From a virus (lineage: Duplodnaviria; Caudoviricetes): a DNA stretch of 64,000 nt. This document shows positions 48,384-59,500 of this stretch, one piece after another. Within the stretch, counting starts at the first letter, position 1. The number at the start of each line of letters is the position of its first letter. A model generated the notes under the pieces. The model had not been told where the DNA came from and did no database searches. It was given only the letters and a program-made list of their open reading frames with translations. The stretch is from the IMG/VR virus record IMGVR_UViG_3300044557_000104, positions 32,001 to 96,000 of that record; one strand, 5' to 3'. Made by a program: the position numbers and the translations under genes.

Positions 48384-51300
48384 ATGCCAGTCTATGATGA
48401 CTCAGCAATAAATAAATTTGATCCCAAAAAGCAATATGATAAGATTCTATTTAATGCAGGACGACCTGTATTTAACTTTGAAGTGAACGAACTTCAATCA
48501 ATGGAACAATACCAACTTGAAATGCTGGGAGATACAATTTTTCAAGAAGGTGCTATTATCTCTGGAATGGATATTATTCCACAACCAGACAATGAAGGCA
48601 CTGATACTGGTTTACCTAACTCATTTAGTGTAGCCAGCTTAGATACATCTTTTGGATCAGTTAAGACAGATACATATACTAATGATAGTAAATTAACCTT
48701 TACTTCTATTAGTAACTTGTCTACTGATTACCCCGCCCTATCATTTAATGGGACAGTTACCAAAGGTGTATATTCTACTATGAGTTTTACTGTTAAGAAA
48801 ACCTCTGGTACTTTATCTAAGATGAGTCTTGGGTACCCAATGAATATGTTAACACCTATCACTTATACTATTGATGGTGCAAAAATTGCTACTGCTATTA
48901 ATGATATGAGCGGTGATCCAATTGTAAATTCAGATGGTGCTCAGGTTAATTTAAATGATGGTAAAGACCATAAAATTGTTGTAACGTTTAAAACACTAGA
49001 TTCTGGTTCCCCTAGTTTTACATTACATTTTAACCCCAATTATAATGCTCTAACTACATCAGTTGGTTTAGACATTACTGGACTTTATATCCAAGATGGT
49101 AAGGAAGCTACTGATTGGGTTATTAATGTTAATGATACTGGAACAACATCAAGTGTTGATCGTGTAAAGAATTATAGTGTTACATCAGGTACTATCTGGT
49201 TAAATGGTGCTATACGTAACTTTGCAACTCAAGATGTATCTATTAAGGGTACTGGTACTGAAAATATTGGTGTTACTCTAACTGAAAATAAGGTTACATC
49301 AGCAGATGATCCAGACCTAGTTGACGACACAGAAAACTCATTGACAAATGGTATGAGTGGTGCAGATCGTGTTAAGTATAATGTTGACCTTACTTATAAT
49401 GATGATACTGCAACAACTATCTTTGTTTTTCAAGATAATAAGATTAACCCAGATGCAGTTAAGCCAGATTACTCTAACCTAGCTCCTATCTTAGCTAAGC
49501 GTACATTTGATCAGTCTGGTTCATTCCGTACCTCTGGATTTAATGCTACTCCAACAGATTACAAGTTGGACTCAAGTAAAATTAAACTTAATATTGATGC
49601 CGGTCAAGCCTATGTTCGTGGTTACTCAATCAGTACCTCAAGTACTACTGGCGTGTTGCTAGATAAAGCTAGTTCAACAGATACCTCTACTAACGAAGGT
49701 ATTATTTACAATAATGGTAGTGGTGATATTACTTTAGCTAATCAACCAGTACAAAAGATTACTAATATTACTGCTAATGTGGAAGGTACTAATAACTCAG
49801 TTAGTCGTTCTACTTCTGGCAATACAGATACTTTTACTACTAATAATGCTTATCGAATTGTTAGTGTAAAACAAGGTTCTATAACCTATGCGGAAGGTAC
49901 TGATTTTACCCGTGCTGGTAATACTATTATCTGGGGTGCTGATTCTGCTGGTAACATTTTACCTAATGCAACTATGCCAACGGCCGGTACATCATACTCA
50001 GTTGTTTATGACTACAACTATAATATGGTCGAAGGTACAGATTATGCAGTTAAGACAGCAGATGAAATTACTAGTATTGATATTGATACCCAAAAGGGTG
50101 TTAAGCCAATTAATGGTAGTGTCATTAGTGTAACCTATATCTACTTCTTAGCTCGGATTGATATGATTATGATTACCTCGGATCAAGCTAACCCATTTAA
50201 GGTTATTAAAGGTGATCCAATGCCACTTGCTACTGCTACTCCACCAGTTGTTAAGGATAATTATTCACTGGAATTGGGTTATGTATTGATCTACCCTAAC
50301 TCAGATAAAGCAGTCTTCACCATGCAAACAATCACACGGATTCCATTCTCAGGATTGCAAGCATGGAACACTCGTATCTCTAACCTAGAGTACAATGTTT
50401 CTGTATCCGCATTAGCTGATAGTGTTGAGAAGTCAGAAGATCCAATTACTATTCGCGATGCCTTTGCTGATGCGTTTAACAACTTGAACTATGCTAACTC
50501 AACTCATGATGGATTTAATGTAGCTTATGATCCAGAATATGGTGAAATTACAATCCCACCTAAGTCATATGCTGATTTAGTTCCAACACTGAATGAGTCT
50601 AAATCTGATGTCAATGTTAGTGGTAACCTAGTCACTGCTCCCTATACAGAAGAGAAGTCCATTGGTCAAGATCTAATTACGGGAACTACTAATGTTAATG
50701 AATACCAAATTTTTAATGTTAATGGTACCCTATCAATTGACCCCGCTAGTGATAATTGGATTGACACAAAGTCAACTACTGTATACGCTAATGGTGGTAG
50801 CAAGTCAATCACTGCCAGTCGTTGGTGGATGCACTTGGGTGCTAATAATGAATCAAGTAGTATTCAGAATACTCTTAATGAGTTACAAGGTGTCCAAGGA
50901 ATTGACTATAATAGCTGGTCAGGTTCACAAGCAGCACAAAATAACTGGTCATCAACGCAAACTGGATATATCATTTCTGATGGTGGTTCTAAGACAGTTG
51001 AGTCAGCTATTGAATATATGCGTCAACGAACAATTACTTTTGAAGCTAAAAACTTCTTACCATATGAAGATGGATTTGAAATTACTATTGAAGGCACTAG
51101 TGTTATTAATCCAACACCAGCATCATCTACTTATAAAGGTAGTTTAGCAAATAGTTTCAAAGCGGATTCTGCTGGTACTATTAAGGGGTCATTTGACATT
51201 CCTGCTGGTGTTATCCAATGTGGTAATCGTTCTATTAAGATTGAGAACTCTAATGGTAGTTTGGCCAGCGCTAGTTACCAAGCCTATGGTACTATGAAAG

Positions 51301-52580
51301 ATGTTCAATCAATTATTAATAAAACCACAGTTAGTGTTACCCTTTATGACCCATTGGCACAATCATTTACCTTAACTCAGAATAAGTCATTGACATCAGT
51401 TGACTTATACTTTGCTACAAAGCCAACGTCAACTAGTGCTAGTCATACCTCCGATATGATTGTACAAATTCGTGAGTTATCAGATGATGGTTATCCTAAC
51501 CGGAATGTTAAGGGTGAACAAACATTAACTCCAGATCAAATTAATGTATCTCAAGATGGGAATACTGCTACTAAGGTTACATTTGATCAGGCTATCCAAT
51601 TAACTGGGAACCAAGGTTACTGTATTACATTGATCAGTGATTCAGATGCTTACAATGTGTACACTGCAACTAAGGGTCAGATGGTTATTGGAGATAACCC
51701 TTATAAGCTAACTGGTGCTCCTAACGCTAATGGTAACTTATTCAAGTCAAATAACGCCCAAACATGGATTGCAGATGGTACTAGTTCATTGAAGTTTGGT
51801 GTAAATACTGCTCACTACAATGATGGTGGTACAATTATGTTCGACCCTATTGTACTTAAAGACCAACAATTTGTTGATTCAGGTACTGGATCTGTTGTTG
51901 ATATTGATCGTTTAGCAGCATTAACATCATACCTTACACCGGGAACTACAGGGTTAAGTTGGTTTATCCGCATTTTACCAAACTCATCAAGTGCAACAAT
52001 TGACACTATGCAATGGTCAGCATTGACAGTTACAAATGATAATATGCCAAGTGTTACCCCTGCTGCCACTAATGATGCTATTACTAATGAAGTTCATTTG
52101 TTTGAACAGTCAAAGGCAATTCAATTAAAAGCAACTTTTGCATCTGAGAAGTTTGTCAGCCCGATCTTAACTACCGAAGATTTATCACTAGTTGGTGTGC
52201 TTACTGGTACAGAAGGTAAGTACTACTCAATTAACTTAGATGAATCCGGTGATGCGCAGTTTGATACTGTTAAGATTCAGTATGATGCTTATACTCCTAA
52301 TGGAACATCGGTAACCCCTTACTACTCAGTTGATGGTGGGAACACATGGTATACTCTTGCTAATGATGGTAAATCTGTGGCTACTCCGATTAGTACACAA
52401 AAGATCAGTACCTACTTCACTCGTTACATTTACCAAGCTAAGGTTCCGGGTGCAGTTGATCAAAACCATTTAGCAAAGCAGATTATGTACTATCTGGATA
52501 TGAAGGCAAGTACTAACTTCCTAACTCCACGTGTACGTAAGTTAACCTCATTGCTGCAGAACAACTCTGCTGAATCATAA
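48384..52580 (+). CDS. Tail fibre / adsorption-associated baseplate protein (DUF4815-like)
   Basis: FDP.K....LFN..RP....E.NELQS, LAKRTFDQSGS, DAG.AYV.GY, DPLAQSF, PRVRKL motifs. Confidence 0.85.
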   Translation: MPVYDDSAINKFDPKKQYDKILFNAGRPVFNFEVNELQSMEQYQLEMLGDTIFQEGAIISGMDIIPQPDNEGTDTGLPNSFSVASLDTSFGSVKTDTYTNDSKLTFTSISNLSTDYPALSFNGTVTKGVYSTMSFTVKKTSGTLSKMSLGYPMNMLTPITYTIDGAKIATAINDMSGDPIVNSDGAQVNLNDGKDHKIVVTFKTLDSGSPSFTLHFNPNYNALTTSVGLDITGLYIQDGKEATDWVINVNDTGTTSSVDRVKNYSVTSGTIWLNGAIRNFATQDVSIKGTGTENIGVTLTENKVTSADDPDLVDDTENSLTNGMSGADRVKYNVDLTYNDDTATTIFVFQDNKINPDAVKPDYSNLAPILAKRTFDQSGSFRTSGFNATPTDYKLDSSKIKLNIDAGQAYVRGYSISTSSTTGVLLDKASSTDTSTNEGIIYNNGSGDITLANQPVQKITNITANVEGTNNSVSRSTSGNTDTFTTNNAYRIVSVKQGSITYAEGTDFTRAGNTIIWGADSAGNILPNATMPTAGTSYSVVYDYNYNMVEGTDYAVKTADEITSIDIDTQKGVKPINGSVISVTYIYFLARIDMIMITSDQANPFKVIKGDPMPLATATPPVVKDNYSLELGYVLIYPNSDKAVFTMQTITRIPFSGLQAWNTRISNLEYNVSVSALADSVEKSEDPITIRDAFADAFNNLNYANSTHDGFNVAYDPEYGEITIPPKSYADLVPTLNESKSDVNVSGNLVTAPYTEEKSIGQDLITGTTNVNEYQIFNVNGTLSIDPASDNWIDTKSTTVYANGGSKSITASRWWMHLGANNESSSIQNTLNELQGVQGIDYNSWSGSQAAQNNWSSTQTGYIISDGGSKTVESAIEYMRQRTITFEAKNFLPYEDGFEITIEGTSVINPTPASSTYKGSLANSFKADSAGTIKGSFDIPAGVIQCGNRSIKIENSNGSLASASYQAYGTMKDVQSIINKTTVSVTLYDPLAQSFTLTQNKSLTSVDLYFATKPTSTSASHTSDMIVQIRELSDDGYPNRNVKGEQTLTPDQINVSQDGNTATKVTFDQAIQLTGNQGYCITLISDSDAYNVYTATKGQMVIGDNPYKLTGAPNANGNLFKSNNAQTWIADGTSSLKFGVNTAHYNDGGTIMFDPIVLKDQQFVDSGTGSVVDIDRLAALTSYLTPGTTGLSWFIRILPNSSSATIDTMQWSALTVTNDNMPSVTPAATNDAITNEVHLFEQSKAIQLKATFASEKFVSPILTTEDLSLVGVLTGTEGKYYSINLDESGDAQFDTVKIQYDAYTPNGTSVTPYYSVDGGNTWYTLANDGKSVATPISTQKISTYFTRYIYQAKVPGAVDQNHLAKQIMYYLDMKASTNFLTPRVRKLTSLLQNNSAES

Positions 52581-52586
52581 ATATTG

Positions 52587-52627
52587 AAGCATTTCTCTAA
52601 AGTGTTTAACTAGAGAGGTGCTTTTTT
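52587..52627 (+). terminator. Intrinsic terminator
   Basis: AAGCATTTCTCTA...TAGAGAGGTGCTT plus T-tract. Confidence 0.75.
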
Positions 52628-52725
52628 ATTGCCTTTTTTGTATACAAATATGAATAAAATGTGAATTAAGTCTGATAAAACCCTGTCTATATTATAGAGT
52701 AGCAAAATATATATAGAAGAGGAGT

Positions 52726-53010
52726 GTGGTAACTGTGGCGGATAATAATCAGGAATTTACAGATGAAATGAAGATGCTAATGGATATTCAACAGCGTATC
52801 GCCCGTGTTGAAGCTAATACATCTGATTTGAAGAGTATTGAAAGTAAGGCTGATCAGGCGGTAACACAAGCTAACGCATCATATAGTCTTGCACAAGAAG
52901 CAATACATAGAACGGAGAGTCAGAAGACTACGTTGTATGCTGTAATTGGCTTTGTTGCTGTAAGTGTATTAGCCCCCCTACTGATCGAAATTGCAACTAA
53001 GATGTTCTAG
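52726..53010 (+). CDS. XhlA/hemolysin-like lysis membrane protein
   Basis: N-terminal coiled coil (RIARVEAN) plus one C-terminal transmembrane helix; late promoter at 52687. Confidence 0.65.
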   Translation: MVTVADNNQEFTDEMKMLMDIQQRIARVEANTSDLKSIESKADQAVTQANASYSLAQEAIHRTESQKTTLYAVIGFVAVSVLAPLLIEIATKMF

Positions 53011-53019
53011 TAAGAAAGG

Positions 53020-53526
53020 GTGAAACCTCATATGTATAAATCAAGTAATAAAACGGGTCGTGATAATAAAAAGGTATATAATATAAAGAAGAGAGAGATT
53101 GCTAAGTATAAGAAGGAATTAGTTGCTTACGTTAGATCAGTATCAGAGATAGCTTTTGCTACATTGGCTGGTTTAGGTGAAACAACTTATACTGGAAAAC
53201 TTGGTGAGGGTAAGTTAGGAACACTTCTAGCTAATCCCCCAGAACTTGGTACATTATCATTACCTGCTTTCTTAGGACAAGGGTCAAAGATAGATAAGGA
53301 CGATCAGGAATTAATTGATGCAAAGAAAGGTTATTTATATATTAGTCGTGATAAAGAAACCATGACTTATACTGTTACCTTCCACATGGAGAAACCAGAT
53401 CAATTTAATCCTTACCTTGATGCTCATAAGACTTTTAAACAAGCATTACCAATGATTATTAGAGATAACGGGATTATTACAACCCAGTTATATTCTATTA
53501 CTAAGATTCTGAATCTCTTTAAGTAA
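53020..53526 (+). CDS. Hypothetical protein
   Basis: Intact ORF in the operon. Confidence 0.65.
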   Translation: MKPHMYKSSNKTGRDNKKVYNIKKREIAKYKKELVAYVRSVSEIAFATLAGLGETTYTGKLGEGKLGTLLANPPELGTLSLPAFLGQGSKIDKDDQELIDAKKGYLYISRDKETMTYTVTFHMEKPDQFNPYLDAHKTFKQALPMIIRDNGIITTQLYSITKILNLFK

Positions 53527-53561
53527 TTGTTACCCTGGTTTGCATAAGGAGATACAGATAT

Positions 53562-54203
53562 ATGGACACATTTTTAAATGTACTACCCGATATTATTGGG
53601 ATCATTGCTACACTTGTATTTAGTTACTTAGGGATCGCTTTGAAAAAGAACTCATCAAAAAATACAACACTGGCAGCGATTCAGAATGTAGCTAAGGAAG
53701 CTGTAACTATAGCAGAGAAGACTGGGATAGCTCAAGGTCTAACTGGTAGTGAACAGTTTAAACACGCTACAATGAAGGCTCAGGACTTACTAGACTCAAT
53801 GGGAGTTAAGGGTGTTTCAGTAGAAAAGATTGAAGCTGCGATTGAAACAGCCTATGCACAATCTAAGACTACATTAAATGAAGCCTATCCTAAGGGTGTA
53901 GAGTCATCTGATGACAAGGTTGCTAAAGCACAGGAAGCCCAAGCTAAAGCAGAAGCTCAAGTGCAAGCATTAAAGCAATCAATGGACACCATTACCAAAG
54001 CACTTAATTTTGCACAGTCCACAGAAAATACAGTAGAAACTAGTAAAGCTCCTCAAAGTGAAACTGATCCTGCTAGTCAATCTACTGCTAATGTAGAAAG
54101 TGAGAGTGCTACACCAGTAGAATCAACTAGTGCAAGTGTTACTACACCAGATAGTGCTAGTGAATCAGCTACTACACAGGATTCTCAAGTAGCAACTAAA
54201 TAG
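53562..54203 (+). CDS. Holin, LL-H family-like, with S/T-rich tail
   Basis: N-terminal transmembrane helix; AV..AEK.G....G..QF..A and IEAAIE.A motifs. Confidence 0.78.
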   Translation: MDTFLNVLPDIIGIIATLVFSYLGIALKKNSSKNTTLAAIQNVAKEAVTIAEKTGIAQGLTGSEQFKHATMKAQDLLDSMGVKGVSVEKIEAAIETAYAQSKTTLNEAYPKGVESSDDKVAKAQEAQAKAEAQVQALKQSMDTITKALNFAQSTENTVETSKAPQSETDPASQSTANVESESATPVESTSASVTTPDSASESATTQDSQVATK

Positions 54204-54212
54204 TATTACACC

Positions 54213-54241
54213 AAGGCATCTCTTAACTGAGGTGTCTTTTT
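54213..54241 (+). terminator. Intrinsic terminator ending the late region
   Basis: AAGGCATCTC-TTAACT-GAGGTGTCTT plus T-tract. Confidence 0.8.
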
Positions 54242-54246
54242 GTGTG

Positions 54247-54276
54247 TTGACAAAACACCCTTAACCATGCTATACT
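54247..54276 (+). promoter_or_regulatory. SigA-type early promoter of the replication operon
   Basis: TTGACA-18 bp-TATACT with extended TG. Confidence 0.75.
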
Positions 54277-54304
54277 ATTAACATTAAGGGAATGGGGTGA
54301 AGTT

Positions 54305-55063
54305 TTGGAGTTAGAAATTGAATGCAGAATGTTTGAGTTAGCTTTTGATAATTTTCAATATATATTACAAGGACGACAAAACTTTGATTTATTTGAAACA
54401 CCTCTTAAATCCCGTGAGACCAGAATACATAATATAATAGCTTATATGAAAGAGCAGAATATTAATCCTATTTATGGGTTATCAGCGTGTTTCTCCTACT
54501 ACTCATATAAGAACAGAAAAAGAAAGAAACTTCCTATCCTAACTTTAGGGACACTAACACCAGATTATATCCATCATGCTTATATGAACCAACGTAGATA
54601 TGATAATAAATATCACATGGGATATGACACTTTAATCTTTCTAGACTCTATTTATCTTAGAGGTAGTTACACTTACTTCAATATGAGTGATACTTACCTA
54701 TTACAGTTAAATGAGATGAAAGAACACTTGATTAATGATTTCTACCTAAGACCATACTTAGAACAAACTAAGGAACAGTTAAGGCGATCCATGCTTAATA
54801 AAAACAATGATTATCTAGTATGGAAAGATATTATCTTAATTGAGGGTGCTATGAATATATCACCAGTACTACTTATGTTTGATCCAGACTTTAGCAAAAT
54901 TATCTCTGGTTTAACCAATGAGGAGTACTTTTGGTTTCTTAATGGAATAGGTTCAGATACTAGCCTAGATGCTTCTATTGAAGATGAAAAGTATCTACTT
55001 AAATTTAATGAATCGTTAAAGATTGAGGGAGTCAGCTATGTCAGAGAATGCCACACGAGTTAA
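54305..55063 (+). CDS. Hypothetical protein upstream of the helicase
   Basis: Intact ORF with SD GGGGTG; no recognisable motif. Confidence 0.65.
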   Translation: MELEIECRMFELAFDNFQYILQGRQNFDLFETPLKSRETRIHNIIAYMKEQNINPIYGLSACFSYYSYKNRKRKKLPILTLGTLTPDYIHHAYMNQRRYDNKYHMGYDTLIFLDSIYLRGSYTYFNMSDTYLLQLNEMKEHLINDFYLRPYLEQTKEQLRRSMLNKNNDYLVWKDIILIEGAMNISPVLLMFDPDFSKIISGLTNEEYFWFLNGIGSDTSLDASIEDEKYLLKFNESLKIEGVSYVRECHTS

Positions 55064-56522
55064 AGAAAAACAGATTCTTATTCGAGCTATCCATGATAGT
55101 TACTTTACTAAAACAGTACTCAGTAAAAATGTATCAGCATTAATTAATAACCCTAATTTACAGTTAATGGCCAATGTGCTAGTTCGATACTATGCAACTA
55201 ATACAGAACCATTATCATTAGAAACATTTAATCTCAAGTTAGAAAACTATGTTAATTTAACTAATCGAAAACGAGAACAATCGCATCAACCCATTATTGA
55301 TGGTGAGCTACTTAATCAATACTTTGTAGCAACTAAGGTATTATACAATGCCCAACCAGACACATCAGATGAGATGCTTGATTCTCTTACATCTTACATC
55401 AGAGAGAACCTAACTAATTATGCTATCTTAGAAGAAGCTACTAATAAGAGTAGTAACCTAAGTGAACGTGTTGAGAAACGTATGACCGACATCAATGCCA
55501 TTAACTTACGTGGTGAAGAGACTAAGTATATTGATATTCTTAATGATGTTGACACTAAGACAGAGTTATATAAGAAGTTTAATACTGGACGTGTTCCTTC
55601 TGGATTAAAGCCATTTGATGTGTTAACTGGTGGAGGATTAGAAAAGGGACAAGTTGGTATGATAGCGGGGCCACAAGGCGGCGGTAAATCTGCCATGCTA
55701 ACTAACCTATCTTACTACTATGCTATGGTATCGAAAAAGAATGTTTTACATATCTCACTTGAAGAATTAGATAATGATCAAAACTTACGATTTGACCGTA
55801 TTATTACTGATTCTGGTATGAAAGATGTGTTTGACAAAGAAGGTAATGCTCGTCAGGATTACTTAAATAAGATGAAGACGACCTATCGTGAAATGGATAA
55901 ATCACAGTACGGCAAGTTAATTTTTGAAAAACATATGACACATACTTTAACAGTAGATGACTTAGATAATCGGATTAAAGTAATTGAGCGAGAAGCTAAC
56001 GTCAAATTTGATGTTCTTATCCTAGATTATGCAGACTTACTTAAATTCAAAAAGGGTAACTTTGACGCAGCTTCTGTATCCAATGCAGGGGAAGATTTAT
56101 TTGAAGAGTTAACTCGTATAGCACAGGAACATGAAATTGTTATTATGACTGGGGCACAACTTAACCGTGGGGTAGCAGATAGTGATACTCTAACTATGGA
56201 ATTAGTTCAAGGGTCATATAAGAAAAAGAACGTTATTGCTTTTGGTGCTACTATCAATGCCACTCGTGAGGAAAAGCAACAAGGGTATGTAAGACTATAC
56301 CTAGATAAAGTTCGTAATGATTATGGGTTTGAAGATAGATTCCTATATATGCAATATGATCGTAAGACTATGAAGTTACATGCAGAGAGTGCAGATCAAG
56401 TTGAGGAACACAAAGCACTAGTCAGTCAAGGCATCTCACCTAATCGAAATGCTAATGTTAAGAAGGAAGATAAGACTGATACTATGATGGACGTTATCAA
56501 CAAAGCTATGGAGGGTAAGTAA
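55038..56522 (+). CDS. Replicative DnaB-like helicase
   Basis: GGLEKG, Walker A GPQGGGKS, ISLEE, ILDYADL, AQLNR motifs. Confidence 0.9.
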   Translation: MSENATRVKEKQILIRAIHDSYFTKTVLSKNVSALINNPNLQLMANVLVRYYATNTEPLSLETFNLKLENYVNLTNRKREQSHQPIIDGELLNQYFVATKVLYNAQPDTSDEMLDSLTSYIRENLTNYAILEEATNKSSNLSERVEKRMTDINAINLRGEETKYIDILNDVDTKTELYKKFNTGRVPSGLKPFDVLTGGGLEKGQVGMIAGPQGGGKSAMLTNLSYYYAMVSKKNVLHISLEELDNDQNLRFDRIITDSGMKDVFDKEGNARQDYLNKMKTTYREMDKSQYGKLIFEKHMTHTLTVDDLDNRIKVIEREANVKFDVLILDYADLLKFKKGNFDAASVSNAGEDLFEELTRIAQEHEIVIMTGAQLNRGVADSDTLTMELVQGSYKKKNVIAFGATINATREEKQQGYVRLYLDKVRNDYGFEDRFLYMQYDRKTMKLHAESADQVEEHKALVSQGISPNRNANVKKEDKTDTMMDVINKAMEGK

Positions 56523-56523
56523 A

Positions 56524-59500
56524 ATGATTACATTTAAAGAAGTATCTGCACATAACTTTAGATCATATAAAGATTTTAAATTAAATTTAGATAATCAAGG
56601 TCTTTCTATGATTATTGGTAATGACCTAGATCGTGGTGAAGGAAGTTCTAACTCTAGCGGCAAGGCACAACCAATAACTACGTTAGTTATGACACCTAAT
56701 GGAAAGAAAAAAATGGGTGATCTAAATGTAGGCGACTACGTGATGAATGAAGAGGGGGAACCCGTAAAGGTACTTGGTGTTTATGATAAAGGTGACTTAC
56801 CTTTATACAAACTCACTTTAGAAGATGGTAGAAAAATATTTGTTAATAATGAACATTTATTTGAGTATTATGATAAAGATAAAAAAGATTTTACGCAAAA
56901 GCCAATAGTAGGAACGTTACAAAGTTTAATTGATAAGGGTATCAGCAGACCCAATGTTAGTAAAAAGGGAACAACAAGATATATCTTTAGAATAAAAGCG
57001 CCAAAGGCGATTAGGTATAACAAAATTAATATTAAATATGATCCATATACATTAGGAGCACTTCTTGGAGATGGATATTTAGTTGGTGATCATATTCAGA
57101 TATCAGCTAGTAATGAAAAGATTGAGATACTAGATAAAATTGTTAATAACAATGACGTTCCAATTGGGTACCGTAGACATAGTGAAAAAAATTATACTTG
57201 GAGTTTTTTCTCATCATACAATAAAAATGGGACACACCGGTTAACCCATGCCCATGATTTTAATCTACCAGAGTCTGCATTGCATACATCTCTTGATAAA
57301 AGTATTCCTAGTGAATTAATGACAGGAAGCATAGAGCAAAGGTTACAGTTGCTACAAGGATTATTCGATACAGATGGATACGCAAGTCTCGCAAGAAAAG
57401 ATAGGGGCGGATGTATTAATGTAAGTTATAGTACAAATAGTAAACTAATGGGATACCAAGTTAGAGAACTACTATGGTCATTAGGTTATCGTTCAAGCAT
57501 CTATGTGAATGATCGTAGAGGAAAAACACATAAAGGGCCACAAGGAAAACTCTATAAATATAAAAGTATTGAATATAAAGTTTCTGCCAATGGTTCTAAG
57601 GATATGTTGCTTAATTTATTTACTATAAAAGCAAAAAGAGAAATAATTGAATCAGGGAGAACCGCTAAATACAAAAGATATGATCTTCTTTCCATTGTTA
57701 ATATTGAAAATATGAATAAAAAGGTTCCAATGAGATGTATCTATGTTGATAGCCCTAAGCATCTGTATGTATCAGATGACTATGTTGTTTCACACAATAC
57801 TACCCTATACTTTGCTATTCTTTACTCGTTATATGGTGAGTTACCAGATGGTACTAAAGGTGATGATGTCATTAATAAAGATGTAGGTAAGGATTCCTAC
57901 ACTCAATTAAAGTTTAGTAAGTCTAATCATGATTATACAGTAACTAGATACCGTAAGAATAAGAAGTATAAAAATAAGGTTATCCTAGAAATTGATGGTA
58001 AAGATGCTACCCCACCTACTATTAAAGAAACAGATAGTAAGATTGTGGAGATTATGGGATTTGATTCATTTACCCTATTAAATTCCTTAGTATTTAGCCC
58101 AGAACGAGTTGGTGGATTTGTTGACGCTACTGATAAGCAACGTAAGGAATTATTAGAGCAACTTACTAATACTAAGATTTACAAAGATTGTTTACTATTA
58201 GTACGAGATGATTATAAAACTACTTATGGGCAACAACAGGAAACTCAGAAAGAGATTGATAAGTATAAACTTCTCATTGAAAACAGTGAAGGGGTTATGA
58301 ACACTTATTATCAACAAGTGAAGGAACATAATGATGCAATCACAGCAACTAAGGCTAAAGTACAGCAGGGTAATAAAGAGTTAAAACATAGACACAGTGT
58401 TGCTGAAACCGAGACTAAGATTAAAGAACTAGAGTTAAAGGAAGAGCAGCAACGTAAAGTAGTTAATGCAATTACCTTCCAAGACACTAAGGATTTAAAT
58501 GCTTCTTACAATAAATTAAGTAGTGCTTATACCCAGTTATCTAACAAGGTTAAAGATTTAGAGACTAGGTTAACTGAGGATAAAGATAACCTAAGTAAGA
58601 TTGAGAATGGTGAAATTACAACATGTATTATGTGTGGTAGTCCTTTAAATGAGGAACACCGGAATAAAGAAATCACTAATCTAACTAATAGTATTAAGGA
58701 AAATCAGTTAGCACTAAATGCTAATAGCCAAGCCCTAGATAAAGTTGCTACTATGGGTAAACAAGTACGTGCTTCTCTAGATAAGATTGACAAGGCTAAT
58801 GCAGTAGTTAATGAATCACTTAATTACCAACATAAAATTCTAGTTGAATACAGTGACCAGTTAACTAAACTTAATAACAACCTTGTTCAAACACAGATGT
58901 TAATTAAAAACTTAGACAATGATAAACAACACTTAGAGGATTTAAAACAACAAACAATTGCTAAGCCACAGCAGGCGGAGAGTGTTGCTCAATATGAGGA
59001 TAAAATTAAGTCATTACAGGACACCTTGTTAAAGCAATCAGACCTATTAGATAAATATAAGCAGTTAGAAAAGGTTTATGGGGATCAAGGTGTTAAGTCA
59101 CAAGCTCTAGGTTTATCAATTCCTTATCTTAATACTAAACTTAATGAGTATATGACAGTATTAACTGAGGGTACCTTTACTGCACAACTTACTAATACCT
59201 CAGAAACTAAGTCTGGTAGTAAGAATAATAAAATTGACATTGTAATTAACTCGGTTAACTCAGGTAGCTCATATCAAGACTTATCTTCTGGTGAGAAGAG
59301 ACGAGTTGCTGTGGCGCTTCACTTAGCATTTATGTCGTATTTAAAGAGTAACATTGGTGGTATTAATCTATTAGTATTTGATGAAGTATTTGATGCTTTA
59401 GACACTACTGGGATAGATGCAGTTATTAAGCTATTAAAGCAATTATCTAAAGAGATTGGAACTATCCTAGTTATTTCACATAATTCAGAACTAAAATTAA

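Noticed and set aside
13326-52069. Numerous short antisense or alternate-frame ORFs within structural genes
   Set aside because: Shadows of biased codon usage in long plus-strand genes; no SD or promoter support
56687-56700. TTAT-GACACCTAAT inside the intein as a target of omegaRNA guide 1
   Set aside because: Only 6 contiguous seed matches (8/10); plausible by chance in 64 kb of AT-rich DNA
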